Source: a virus (taxonomy: Duplodnaviria; Caudoviricetes). From it: 33,505 nucleotides of DNA. Below, one piece after another: positions 15,117-24,037 of this stretch. Location of the stretch: the IMG/VR virus record IMGVR_UViG_3300025888_000022, positions 1 through 33,505 of that record. One strand, written 5' to 3'. A program made the translations under genes and the position numbers. The notes under the pieces are model-generated. The model made no database searches, had not been told where the DNA came from, and saw only the letters and a list, made by a program, of their open reading frames with translations. Within the stretch, counting starts at the first letter, position 1. The number at the start of each line of letters is the position of its first letter.

Positions 15117-15140
15117 TGAATCGAAATCTGTAATGACTTC

Positions 15141-15169
15141 TTGACTTCTACAATCAGAAGGGGTATACT
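15141..15169 (+). promoter_or_regulatory. Sigma70 promoter
   Basis: TTGACT-17-TATACT. Confidence 0.7.
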
Positions 15170-15216
15170 TTCCTTGTGAGAAGTACCGTCATTTTGCCAC
15201 CGAAAGGACAGCCAAA

Positions 15217-15786
15217 ATGCACGCAGTCAGACGCACCGAGATACCGCCGAGAGGTGTCATTCTCCCGGCCCTCCCCGCGCTCGCGCGACACCGCAGAACC
15301 CTGAAAGCGGGCGAGCCGTACCCCACCGAGTATGGATACACCGCGCTGCTCAAGAGTTTCCTCGCCTCCGACGCGCGGGTATGGGAGATAGGGTACGACT
15401 GCGCCATACATACCGTGAACACGACCGCCGAGTCGTTCGCGCAAGCGAAACGCCGGATGGGTTTGGGCACTAGTGTGCTCGTCGCGCGGCGCGGTGATGC
15501 GGTGTTCCTCGCTCGCCCTGACTGGCGGGACTACGCGCCGCACATACCCCCCGCGCGGGTACGCACAGGGGTTGCGCGGGCGCTGCGGCGGGAGACAGTG
15601 GAGGGGATACTACTGTATTTCGTCGCATCCGGTGAATCTTCGCGGGTGGTGGATATTCCCCCCACATTCACCCCCGCGCAGATGTACGCCGCGCTGCAAT
15701 ACAAGCGCACGCGTCTGGGCGTCAACGCGAGCGTGTCGCTGGATAACAAGACGGGTACGATAACTCTGGAGAGGACAGACCGATGA
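15217..15786 (+). CDS. Hypothetical protein with two copies of a small domain (possible DNA binding)
   Basis: GAAAGGA RBS; shares motifs with the next gene. Confidence 0.65.
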   Translation: MHAVRRTEIPPRGVILPALPALARHRRTLKAGEPYPTEYGYTALLKSFLASDARVWEIGYDCAIHTVNTTAESFAQAKRRMGLGTSVLVARRGDAVFLARPDWRDYAPHIPPARVRTGVARALRRETVEGILLYFVASGESSRVVDIPPTFTPAQMYAALQYKRTRLGVNASVSLDNKTGTITLERTDR

Positions 15787-16322
15787 TTGACTCGCCGTAT
15801 CTGGTAGGTATGAAGGAAGTCCCGCTACGGCGTTCGGTGCCGATAGGGCACCCCAAACCCGGTTGGCGCAACACCGCCCCGACCATTGGTCGAGCGGGGT
15901 ATCGCACGCTGATAGAAGCATTCGAGGCGTCGGATGACGTGGTGGCCGAGGTCGTGTTCGACTACGCGGCATACTTTGTCAAAAACGTGTTCGCGGGACT
16001 GACTACGGAGCGGATACCTAGCCACCTGCACATCGAGGTGCTGACGCGCGGCGACCGAGTGTTTCTACGCAAGCGCGGCATACCCGGCGTGTCGCTGCTT
16101 GAGGCGCGGCTCGGTCGCTCCGTGTTGCGCGTGGAGTCTTTGGATGCCGACGCACTACGTCTGGCGGCAGAACTCGACGGGGCACCGACGGACGGGACGC
16201 GCTCAATCGTCGGGCGCGCCATTGCTACCGTGCGTGGCAATCTGGCCGCAGAGCAACGGAAGCAGATACGCATACGCGAGGTGATTGAGGGACTGACGCG
16301 AGGGGAGCCGCAAGCGTACTGA
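15783..16322 (+). CDS. Hypothetical protein, paralogue of the preceding gene
   Basis: GY..L...F.ASD..V.E and RGD.VFL motifs shared; ATGA overlap. Confidence 0.65.
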   Translation: MIDSPYLVGMKEVPLRRSVPIGHPKPGWRNTAPTIGRAGYRTLIEAFEASDDVVAEVVFDYAAYFVKNVFAGLTTERIPSHLHIEVLTRGDRVFLRKRGIPGVSLLEARLGRSVLRVESLDADALRLAAELDGAPTDGTRSIVGRAIATVRGNLAAEQRKQIRIREVIEGLTRGEPQAY

Positions 16323-16331
16323 AACTGCCTC

Positions 16332-16360
16332 TTGACAAACGCCCAGAGATAGCGCACTAT
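16332..16360 (+). promoter_or_regulatory. Sigma70 promoter for the early-gene operon
   Basis: TTGACA-17-CACTAT. Confidence 0.6.
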
Positions 16361-16418
16361 GTAGGTACAGAGCACGACCCGGACAACCAGACGCCGAGAC
16401 GAAAGGAGTATCAGGACG

Positions 16419-16787
16419 ATGTATGAGTGGACTTGTTCGGACTGCGGGTTCGTAGCAGGAACACCGAGGGCGAAGCGTGAGCACCGTTGCCCCGCGACAC
16501 CGACAGCGAGACATACACCGGGGCCGTGGAGGGCCGACAGAGTGCTCGTGGACAACGCACCCGACCGCATGATGGTGCATGTCGCGGGTTGGGGCGGAGA
16601 GAACATTGCAGACTGCGGGACGTTCGCCGAGTGCAATCCCGCCGACGCGTACCTTATCGCCAGCGCGCCCGACCTTTACGAAGCGTTGCGTGACCTCCTG
16701 CGCCAAGTGGACGACCTCGATGCATACTCGTGTGCCGACGTTCACGACGCGGCCCGCGCCGCCATCGCCAGAGCGGAGGGACGATGA
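16419..16787 (+). CDS. Phage protein of the HTPGPW...LIAxAPDL family
   Basis: HTPGPW and ADAYLIASAPDLYEAL motifs; AAGGAG RBS. Confidence 0.75.
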   Translation: MYEWTCSDCGFVAGTPRAKREHRCPATPTARHTPGPWRADRVLVDNAPDRMMVHVAGWGGENIADCGTFAECNPADAYLIASAPDLYEALRDLLRQVDDLDAYSCADVHDAARAAIARAEGR

Positions 16788-17506
16788 TGCCTAAGACGTG
16801 GAGCGAGAACAAGACCGCGTACACCGCCAAGGAACTGTTCGACACGCACCCGCGCGCATTCGAGAACGCACGCATCGAGTACGCGCAGGACAGCGACATG
16901 TTGGAGTGGCGCTGTGAGGAGGGTGTGGACGACTTCACGGAGTGCATCATCCCGGCGCTCGGACTCACCCTTGCCGACGAGCAGCGAGCACTGGCGTACA
17001 GCCTCGGTAACTACAACGGGACGGACTACACGGCACTCGGCACGGACGCTACGGTAGCGGACTGGCCGACATTCCTGCTCGCACTCGACGGCCACCCCGA
17101 CGCGCAGATAGCTCCGGACGCTACCGACCCGGCACAGCGCGTGCACATCGACAAGCGCTCGGCAATCTATCGCGCACTCCGTAACGGTAAAGCATCGCTG
17201 TACTTCGCGGGTAACTTCGGGTATCGCGGTCCGTCACGCAGCGAGGCGATAATCGAGATTGACGACTATCAGTATGGCCTCGACGCGGCGACCGTAGACA
17301 ACTTGGAGCGACAGGCCGAGGCACTGACCGCAGACCTGACGGATTGGATTGATGCAATCGTGCAGCACGTCGCGGTTCGTATCATGCGCGATGTTGAGTA
17401 CGACACCTCCGAGGATGGATTCCTTGAGGCCGCAGAGGGCAATGACTGGTACTTCGACGAGGACGGTCACATGACCGACCCACCCGACAACGCACAGGAG
17501 GCGTAG
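16784..17506 (+). CDS. Acidic early phage protein
   Basis: Start re-called to ATG 16784 (GGAGG); acidic C-terminus EYDTSEDGFLEAAEGNDWYFDEDG. Confidence 0.75.
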   Translation: MMPKTWSENKTAYTAKELFDTHPRAFENARIEYAQDSDMLEWRCEEGVDDFTECIIPALGLTLADEQRALAYSLGNYNGTDYTALGTDATVADWPTFLLALDGHPDAQIAPDATDPAQRVHIDKRSAIYRALRNGKASLYFAGNFGYRGPSRSEAIIEIDDYQYGLDAATVDNLERQAEALTADLTDWIDAIVQHVAVRIMRDVEYDTSEDGFLEAAEGNDWYFDEDGHMTDPPDNAQEA

Positions 17507-17510
17507 AACC

Positions 17511-17885
17511 ATGAGTTACTTTGCAGGACGAGACACGTTCGACTCACGAGAGGTGGACGAGCGCATCGACGAACTGGAGGACATGGCTGTGGAGGGTGAT
17601 GACGGCGGCCTGAACCCGAATCTCGACCCCGATGAACTCGAAGAACTCGCCGCGCTTGTCGCCTTCCGTGACGACGTAGATTCGGGTGAGTGGCCGGACG
17701 GTATAGGGTTCATCGCGGACGAGGCTTTCGAGGACTATGCCCAAGACCTCGCCGAGGATTGCGGTTACGTTGACCGCGACAACAGCATGGCGTCCTACAT
17801 CGACTGGGCGGCGTGGGCGCGCGATGTGCAGATGGACTACTGTAGCGCCGACCTCTGCGGCTACACCTACTGGTACCGGGCATAG
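17511..17885 (+). CDS. ArdA-like acidic antirestriction (DNA-mimic) protein
   Basis: Very acidic 124 aa; FEDYAQDLAEDCGY...SYIDWAAWARDVQMDY resembles the ArdA C-terminal signature. Confidence 0.7.
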   Translation: MSYFAGRDTFDSREVDERIDELEDMAVEGDDGGLNPNLDPDELEELAALVAFRDDVDSGEWPDGIGFIADEAFEDYAQDLAEDCGYVDRDNSMASYIDWAAWARDVQMDYCSADLCGYTYWYRA

Positions 17886-17898
17886 GGAGGATAGAGAC

Positions 17899-18408
17899 AT
17901 GAGCGCACGACTTCTTGACCCCGACTTCTCGACACGCAATCGGATTCACACCCTCGCGTACGTTCGCAAACTGCTCGCCGCGAAACTGGCCCGCGCACGC
18001 GGCCCGAAGCCGAAACTCTGCGGTGCCACGACCGTGCGCTACGGAGTGGGGTGCGCCCCCGAACAGAACATCATCGTGTGCCTTCACGTCACCGATATCG
18101 TGAAGTTCCTTCCCGACGGCTCGGCTATCCTGAACTGGGGCGGGTGGCACACGGTCACGACGAACGACCGCATGAACGGCGTACTCCCTCTCGGCTACGC
18201 CGTGTCGGGACTCGCACAGATGGTCGTGCGTACGCCCCTCGGTCTGCACGCTTGCCCGCTCGGCGTCCGTGTCCACATCGGTGCGCGTGGCGCTGTCACA
18301 TGGGAGAGTCGCGCGGGCCGCTGGGTCAAGGCGCAGCGGTTCGCGCTCGACGAGTGGCGGCGGGCGGACTACGCAGCGCACAAACGACCCTACGGAGGAG
18401 AGGACTGA
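17899..18408 (+). CDS. Hypothetical early phage protein
   Basis: GGAGG RBS; LH.TDIV..GGW.TVTT.DRMN motif. Confidence 0.7.
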   Translation: MSARLLDPDFSTRNRIHTLAYVRKLLAAKLARARGPKPKLCGATTVRYGVGCAPEQNIIVCLHVTDIVKFLPDGSAILNWGGWHTVTTNDRMNGVLPLGYAVSGLAQMVVRTPLGLHACPLGVRVHIGARGAVTWESRAGRWVKAQRFALDEWRRADYAAHKRPYGGED

Positions 18409-18409
18409 C

Positions 18410-18637
18410 ATGCGCTACACCCGGATACCCATCTACTTCGTGAAGCACAACGACTGTCGGCTCTGCATGTACGGGCGCAAGCCGAACCTGTGGGAGCGCA
18501 TCGTGAAGAAGTACACATCCGACTGGTGCGCAGCGGTCTGTACCTCGCCGGGGGCTATCCTGCCCGGCCCCAGTCCGTACCCCATCGACCACGGAGAGAA
18601 CGAGCACTTGCCCTGCCGACTATATAAGGAAAGGTGA
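18410..18637 (+). CDS. Cys-rich hypothetical protein
   Basis: GGAGAGGA RBS; CRLC..C..C..C. Confidence 0.55.
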   Translation: MRYTRIPIYFVKHNDCRLCMYGRKPNLWERIVKKYTSDWCAAVCTSPGAILPGPSPYPIDHGENEHLPCRLYKER

Positions 18638-18825
18638 TAGTGATGAGCGACTACACAATGGCCGACTATCGCATCGACGAACCCCTATCCGCTGACGACT
18701 TCGACGACCCGCCGCTCGACGAGGACGCGCTCTATGACGCACTCGCGGCAGAAGCCGACAACGTGTGTGTTGGCGACTGCTCGGATTGTACCCGCGCTGA
18801 CGAGAACGGAGAATGTGATGGGTGA
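18634..18825 (+). CDS. Small acidic protein with a Cys cluster
   Basis: D/E-rich, C.GDC.DC..C; overlaps both neighbours. Confidence 0.55.
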   Translation: MIVMSDYTMADYRIDEPLSADDFDDPPLDEDALYDALAAEADNVCVGDCSDCTRADENGECDG

Positions 18826-19150
18826 CGCAAGGGCCGACGGAATGGCGGCTGGACGCAGGGCAGCGAAGGCAGTCGATACGAACCCCGAGAACATCGACCT
18901 GACCGAGGACAGAGGTTTCGTGATGGGCGTCGGGGTCATCTACGGTCTCGTGTGTGTGCCGAAGTCTTGGAGCGACGAGCAGATTCTCGACTTCATCGAC
19001 GACGCGGTGGGCGCACCGGGCACGACGGGTGGTTGGGTACTGTCCACTCCCGACGCCAACGCGGACGACACGGACTGGCTGGCACCCCGTCCTGCGCGCG
19101 AACAATGCCCCGACGAGGAGAGCAGGGTTCATGTCCTGTTCAACTGCTAG
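18818..19150 (+). CDS. Hypothetical protein
   Basis: VCVP..W.DE..GT..GW..C....HV...C; GGAG RBS. Confidence 0.6.
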   Translation: MGDARADGMAAGRRAAKAVDTNPENIDLTEDRGFVMGVGVIYGLVCVPKSWSDEQILDFIDDAVGAPGTTGGWVLSTPDANADDTDWLAPRPAREQCPDEESRVHVLFNC

Positions 19151-19182
19151 CACGACGCCTAACCCCTGAACATCGGAGTCCT

Positions 19183-19548
19183 ATGCGACGCCTACTCCCG
19201 ATACTACTGATTCTCGCGTTTCTGGTACTACCGCCGACAGCACAGGCCGTCCCGCACTACTCGCAAGCGTACAGCAAAGCCGCGATACGACACGAAGCGC
19301 ACGATGCACACTACGGACTGACACAGACCAACGCACTCGTTCACCTCGCGTTGCACGAGTCCAACTGGCACAACTGGTCGAGCAATCACGGTCACTACTT
19401 GGGCCTGTTCCAACTTCACAACACGATGTGCTCCCGTTGGTGGTACTCACCGTACTGGAACACAAGGCGCGCGATACGGTACATCAAGGCAAGGTACGGC
19501 TCACCCGTTCGGGCACTATCCCACTATCACAGATTGAGGTGGTACTAG
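19183..19548 (+). CDS. Secreted lytic-transglycosylase-like (SLT/lysozyme fold) protein
   Basis: Signal peptide MRRLLPILLILAFLVLPPTAQA; catalytic-type HES.W, GLFQ and YI.ARYG.P..A..H....WY motifs. Confidence 0.75.
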   Translation: MRRLLPILLILAFLVLPPTAQAVPHYSQAYSKAAIRHEAHDAHYGLTQTNALVHLALHESNWHNWSSNHGHYLGLFQLHNTMCSRWWYSPYWNTRRAIRYIKARYGSPVRALSHYHRLRWY

Positions 19549-19550
19549 AC

Positions 19551-19760
19551 ATGACTCGTTCAGACAAGGTGTTCCGGTTCATCGGTCAACTTCTAATCTA
19601 CCTGCTCGCGGTAGCCCCTGCGTACACGGTACTCTCACCTCTCGTGTTCGCGCCCGGTACGTCGTGGGTCGCCCGCGCTGCGCTGGCGTGGCTCACGCTC
19701 CTGTCATATCTGTACCTGAACCGTCTACTGTGGCATGACTCGAAAGAAGGTGTATTGTGA
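19551..19760 (+). CDS. Small 2-TM membrane protein
   Basis: Two hydrophobic helices; GAGG RBS. Confidence 0.6.
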   Translation: MTRSDKVFRFIGQLLIYLLAVAPAYTVLSPLVFAPGTSWVARAALAWLTLLSYLYLNRLLWHDSKEGVL

Positions 19761-19957
19761 ATCGCCTGTGTGGCACCATCGTGCATACCAAGATGCCAGA
19801 CCGCTACTACCAGAAAGCGCGTGAGCGCAAGCGCGACTTGAGCATCCAACTCTCACAGCGGATAGGCGGGGAGAGCCGCCACATCGCAGACCCCGAGGGT
19901 TCGGCTGTGTGGGTTGAGACAGGTATCTGGCCCGAGGAGATGCACCTTGACCGCTGA
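19757..19957 (+). CDS. Hypothetical protein
   Basis: GTGA overlap with the upstream gene. Confidence 0.5.
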   Translation: MNRLCGTIVHTKMPDRYYQKARERKRDLSIQLSQRIGGESRHIADPEGSAVWVETGIWPEEMHLDR

Positions 19958-20177
19958 AGTCCAGCACGCGATGATAGTGGCGGGGCAAGCCGTCATTGAC
20001 GCGAAGTTTATGCGCTGCGGCTCGACGGGTATCGACCTGACACTTCACTCCGCGACCAGTACCCGCGACCCGCTCGTGTTGAGTGGACACTTCAGTACCG
20101 CTGCCGTTCACGACATGGCTGACGCGCTCACTCGCATGGCGACGCTCCTCGACCAGAACAAGGAGGTAACGGCATGA
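19914..20177 (+). CDS. Hypothetical protein (true start probably further downstream)
   Basis: ORF ends with KEVTA, providing the RBS and ATGA overlap for the next gene. Confidence 0.5.
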   Translation: MRQVSGPRRCTLTAEVQHAMIVAGQAVIDAKFMRCGSTGIDLTLHSATSTRDPLVLSGHFSTAAVHDMADALTRMATLLDQNKEVTA

Positions 20178-20539
20178 CCGTCGTCAGTGACAAGCGCGCA
20201 ATCCGTGAGGCGATACGCGCCGAAGGTCTCGCGTTCGGGTCCGACCGCATCTGCCCGGTGTGCTTCACCCGCCCGAAAGGCAAGGACTCCATGACCTGTA
20301 GGACGTGTCAACCCAAGCCCGCGCTCCCGCAAGGACGCCCGCCGAAGTACAGCGACGATGCCATCGTCAACATGATACGCGAGGGTGAGACGACACCTAA
20401 CCGTCTCCTCGCCGCTACTGGACTGCACTCCAAGACGACGATGATTCGCCGTCTGCGTCGCCTGCACGCCGAGGGTCGCGTGTACCTGACCGAGCGCGTG
20501 AGGCGACTCGGATTCACTGTCACCGCGAAGCAGAACTAG
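20174..20539 (+). CDS. Zinc-finger plus winged-HTH protein
   Basis: CPVC..CRTC, GRPPK, and C-terminal L..ATGLHSKTTM.R.LRRL..EG HTH-like segment. Confidence 0.65.
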   Translation: MTVVSDKRAIREAIRAEGLAFGSDRICPVCFTRPKGKDSMTCRTCQPKPALPQGRPPKYSDDAIVNMIREGETTPNRLLAATGLHSKTTMIRRLRRLHAEGRVYLTERVRRLGFTVTAKQN

Positions 20540-20542
20540 ACC

Positions 20543-20571
20543 TTGACAATCCCACACGAGTCTGTCATAAT
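20543..20571 (+). promoter_or_regulatory. Sigma70 promoter, probably leaderless, for the HNH-helicase unit
   Basis: TTGACA-17-CATAAT, 6 nt (AGCATT) to the ATG, no SD. Confidence 0.7.
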
Positions 20572-20577
20572 AGCATT

Positions 20578-21018
20578 ATGACAAAGAAATCCACAGGTCG
20601 TCCGCCCAAATCTATCGCCGAGTACATCGTCGAGGATAGAGGCTACGAGACCCCCTGTTGGGTGTGGCAACGCTCGCTAGTGATGGGGTACGGGTCTCTG
20701 CGTATCGCTCGCAAGACGTACTACGCCCACCGTGTCTACTGGGAGCGCGAGAACGGCCCGATTCCCGAGGGGCTTGACCTAGACCACCTTTGCCGCGTGC
20801 GGGCGTGCTGTAACCCCGCGCACACAGAACCAGTAACCCGAGCCGAGAATCTACGCAGGGGGTGTCGAACCAAGTTGAATCAAGAATCTGTGCGGGACAT
20901 CAGAACGCGCTACGCCGCCGGGGGGATACTTCAGCGTGAACTCGCCACCGAGTACGGCGTCAGTCCCATCACCATCGGGTCTGTTCTTGCCCGACGTAGT
21001 TGGAAGGATGTTTTCTGA
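20578..21018 (+). CDS. HNH endonuclease (GYETPCW family) with C-terminal HTH
   Basis: GYETPCWVW, AHRVYWERENGPIP, LDHLCRVRACCNPAHTEPVTRAEN. Confidence 0.88.
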   Translation: MTKKSTGRPPKSIAEYIVEDRGYETPCWVWQRSLVMGYGSLRIARKTYYAHRVYWERENGPIPEGLDLDHLCRVRACCNPAHTEPVTRAENLRRGCRTKLNQESVRDIRTRYAAGGILQRELATEYGVSPITIGSVLARRSWKDVF

Positions 21019-22415
21019 TGGCGTATACGTTGTACGCACATCAGAAATACATGGTCGAGTTGCTGACCAAACACGATAGGTTTCTTCTACTGGCGGAGCA
21101 GGGCGTCGGTAAAACGTTGCCCACGCTTCTAGACTTGTCGAACCTCATCCTCGCGGGTGAAGTGACGACCGCCCTCATCGTGGCCCCGTTGTCTGGATTG
21201 GGCGCGTGGCGACGGGATATTGAGTTGTTCCCCGAAAATCGGCGCACCGGACTTCTCAACGCCATTACCCTCATCAACTTCGACAAACTCTCCCGCAAGA
21301 ACTCCAAGTATCAGAAGGACACATGGCGGACGTGGGACTACATCGTGCTCGACGAGTCACACGCCGTCAAGAAGCCGACGAGCAACAGGACGCAGTATTT
21401 CATCGGCAAGGGCGCGGCGCTTGGCCTTGTGAGTAAGGCCCGCTACGTCCGACTTCTCACCGGTACGCTCATCACGAACAGTCACCTTGAGGACGCATGG
21501 GCACCGCTGCGCGCGGTCCTCGGTGACGAGTGGCTGACATGGGCTGACTTCAAGCGGCACTACCTTGTGACGAAGAACCTCCCCGGCTCATACGCGGAGA
21601 TAATCGTGGGGTACCGCAACCGGGCGGAACTGCTAGAATTGCTCGCACAGCACTCGTACCGCGTGCTGAAGAAGGACTGTCTCGACCTCCCCGCCGTGCA
21701 AGACGACGAGGTGATTCTCGTCCCATTCGCCACAGGGAAGAATGCCGAGCCGTTCGGCAAGTCCACCCGCGAACTCTACAACGACGCGCTGGAGTCGTAT
21801 GTCGAGGCTCTGGACATGGTGATGGACAACCCGCTGACTCGCATGATGCGTCTGCGCCAGATAGCGGCGGGGCACATCAGCGAGAGTGGGACGATAGACG
21901 AGTCTGGACATAAGGTCGCAGGGACTAGGTATCCCCTGAACTCACTCAAGACGAAGTACGCCGTCGAACTCATCGAGGCTAATCTCCCGAAAAAGACCGT
22001 CGTGTTCTACAACTTCACCGAGTCGTGCGTGGCGCTTGAGGCAGCGCTGAAGCGTAGAGGTATCGCGTATCACACACTCAACGGCGCGACAAAAGACAAG
22101 AACGTCTGGATGACATTCCAGAAGGACACGACCCCTGTGTTCATCGCGCAGTACCAAAGTGGGTCACGCTCCATTGACCTGTTCGCTGCGTCGAACACGA
22201 TATATTTGGAGCCTACCGACTCGTCCGAGATGGACGAGCAGAGTCGCGCACGCACGGACCGCAACGGACAGACGGAAAGTTGCACCTTTACATTCCTGCT
22301 GACCGAGGGTACGATAGAGGTCGATATGTACGCGAAGTTGCAGGGGCACGAGGACTTTTCAGAGAAGGCGTACAGAGAGATAGCCATAGCACGACTGAGA
22401 GGAGAAACACGATGA
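21018..22415 (+). CDS. SNF2-type superfamily 2 helicase
   Basis: Start re-called to ATG 21018. AEQGVGKT (I), VLDESH (II), LLTGT (III), LRQIAAG, EQSRARTDRNGQ (VI). Confidence 0.9.
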   Translation: MAYTLYAHQKYMVELLTKHDRFLLLAEQGVGKTLPTLLDLSNLILAGEVTTALIVAPLSGLGAWRRDIELFPENRRTGLLNAITLINFDKLSRKNSKYQKDTWRTWDYIVLDESHAVKKPTSNRTQYFIGKGAALGLVSKARYVRLLTGTLITNSHLEDAWAPLRAVLGDEWLTWADFKRHYLVTKNLPGSYAEIIVGYRNRAELLELLAQHSYRVLKKDCLDLPAVQDDEVILVPFATGKNAEPFGKSTRELYNDALESYVEALDMVMDNPLTRMMRLRQIAAGHISESGTIDESGHKVAGTRYPLNSLKTKYAVELIEANLPKKTVVFYNFTESCVALEAALKRRGIAYHTLNGATKDKNVWMTFQKDTTPVFIAQYQSGSRSIDLFAASNTIYLEPTDSSEMDEQSRARTDRNGQTESCTFTFLLTEGTIEVDMYAKLQGHEDFSEKAYREIAIARLRGETR

Positions 22416-22657
22416 CCGACTGTGGAGACATCATCTACAAGTACCTGATTGACAACGGGTACGACGGACTGGCGGGCGATGACTGCGGGTGCGGCATCGA
22501 CGACCTGATGGTTTGTGACGAGTGCAACCCCGAGTGTCAACCCGCGTTCCACTACACGCTCGACAACTGTCCGCGAGAGTTCTGTGAGATGCGGGGAGCG
22601 TGTGCGGGCTACGGGTGCTACCGCACCGCAAAACCTGAGATTGAGGTGGCACGATGA
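22412..22657 (+). CDS. Cys-rich phage protein
   Basis: YL..NGYDGL..CGC..DDL..C; GAGGAG RBS. Confidence 0.7.
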   Translation: MTDCGDIIYKYLIDNGYDGLAGDDCGCGIDDLMVCDECNPECQPAFHYTLDNCPREFCEMRGACAGYGCYRTAKPEIEVAR

Positions 22658-23127
22658 CCGACGCACGCACCGACGACGCATCGCCCCGATTCCTCCGTCA
22701 CCGCAAGTCCGCAGTCCACTACGTTGTGCAGGACTGTGGCTACGAGACCCCGTGTTGGGTGTGGCAAGGGGCGCAGAACTCGCGCGGCTACGGCAGACTT
22801 GTTGACGGCGACAGGTTCCGTTTCGCGCATCGTGTCTACTGGGAGAGCGCACACGGCGAACACCTCCCGGACGAAATCGAACTACACCACTTGTGCGAAA
22901 ACCACTCGTGCGTCAACCCTTCTCACACGGAGCCGCTGACGAGACTCGCCCATGCGCTCAAGTCGCGTTCGACGCGGCTGTCCCCCGCTGACATTGTAGA
23001 CATTCGACGCAGAACTGACACGAGGGAACCACAGCGCGCCGTGGCGAAACGGTACGGTGTCAGCGTGGACTACATCGGTCAGATACACCGCCGCAAGCGG
23101 TGGACGTTCGTACCAGAGGAGGCGTGA
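22654..23127 (+). CDS. HNH endonuclease (GYETPCW family)
   Basis: GYETPCWVW, AHRVYWE, LHHLCENHSCVNPSHTEPLTRLAH, C-terminal HTH. Confidence 0.85.
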   Translation: MTDARTDDASPRFLRHRKSAVHYVVQDCGYETPCWVWQGAQNSRGYGRLVDGDRFRFAHRVYWESAHGEHLPDEIELHHLCENHSCVNPSHTEPLTRLAHALKSRSTRLSPADIVDIRRRTDTREPQRAVAKRYGVSVDYIGQIHRRKRWTFVPEEA

Positions 23128-23612
23128 TGGACATCAAGGATTCCACCGACGCGGAGTTGGCTGCCACCGTGCGCGTCGCTATTGGGGTGAACGCGTGGAC
23201 TGACCAGAGGTGGGGCGGCGTCGACGCCCTCACCGAACTCTCCCGCCGCCTTGCCGAAGCGCGGGAACCGTACTTCATCACCGACGACGCTGTGCGTAAG
23301 CAGGCAGATTCGATGCTGTACGACCTGTCGGCTGTTTGCCCGTCCTCGTCATCCCTGTCGCGGACACGCGCTGCCACAAAGACTCGGTTGGCTGATGCCA
23401 TCAGGACACAAGCCGCCGCCCTCGACACCTCTGAAGCCGCACGCATAGCAGCGGAGGCGGAAGTGGCAGTTGAGAGGCTTGTGAGCGATACCGCGTTCAA
23501 GATGCTCCGGGCGACTTGGCCGAGCGGCCCCGACAACTGGCCGAACTGCGAACCCGAGGTCCGCAGACTCGCCCGCCGTGACGCCGCACTCGACAAGGAG
23601 GCATCGCTATGA
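23127..23612 (+). CDS. Hypothetical protein
   Basis: GAGGAGG RBS; TGATG overlap. Confidence 0.6.
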   Translation: MDIKDSTDAELAATVRVAIGVNAWTDQRWGGVDALTELSRRLAEAREPYFITDDAVRKQADSMLYDLSAVCPSSSSLSRTRAATKTRLADAIRTQAAALDTSEAARIAAEAEVAVERLVSDTAFKMLRATWPSGPDNWPNCEPEVRRLARRDAALDKEASL

Positions 23613-24037
23613 CCGACCTTTCCGCGCTCGACCGTGCGGCTACGGCTGCACCGTGGACGAATCAGCACTCGGACGGCAGCATTACGCCGGGAAACTTTTG
23701 GCGCGGCACCTCTAAGACCGTGTTCGGGGAATGGCTCGGCAACGAGGAAGATGACACCGCCGACGCAGCCCTCATCGTCGCCCTCCGCAACGCCTACGCA
23801 GACGGCTCACTCATCCTCGCATCCTCGCTGGATGAGCGCATGGCGGCGGCGTACGAGTCGGGGTGGCGTGCGGGCAAGGAGCAGACCGTCTACCGCGACA
23901 TGATTCCCCGCGAGCGTGTGGATGCGCTTGTCAGAGCCGCTACCGACTACCTCGACATACCCGCCGTGCCGATAGTGATGCGCCGTGCTGACCTCCGTGC
24001 CGCCCTCGCGCCGTTCGTGGAGGTGGTGAAGCCGTGA
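23609..24037 (+). CDS. Ead/Ea22-like protein
   Basis: L..AAT..PW...ADAALIVALRNA N-terminal signature. Confidence 0.6.
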   Translation: MTDLSALDRAATAAPWTNQHSDGSITPGNFWRGTSKTVFGEWLGNEEDDTADAALIVALRNAYADGSLILASSLDERMAAAYESGWRAGKEQTVYRDMIPRERVDALVRAATDYLDIPAVPIVMRRADLRAALAPFVEVVKP

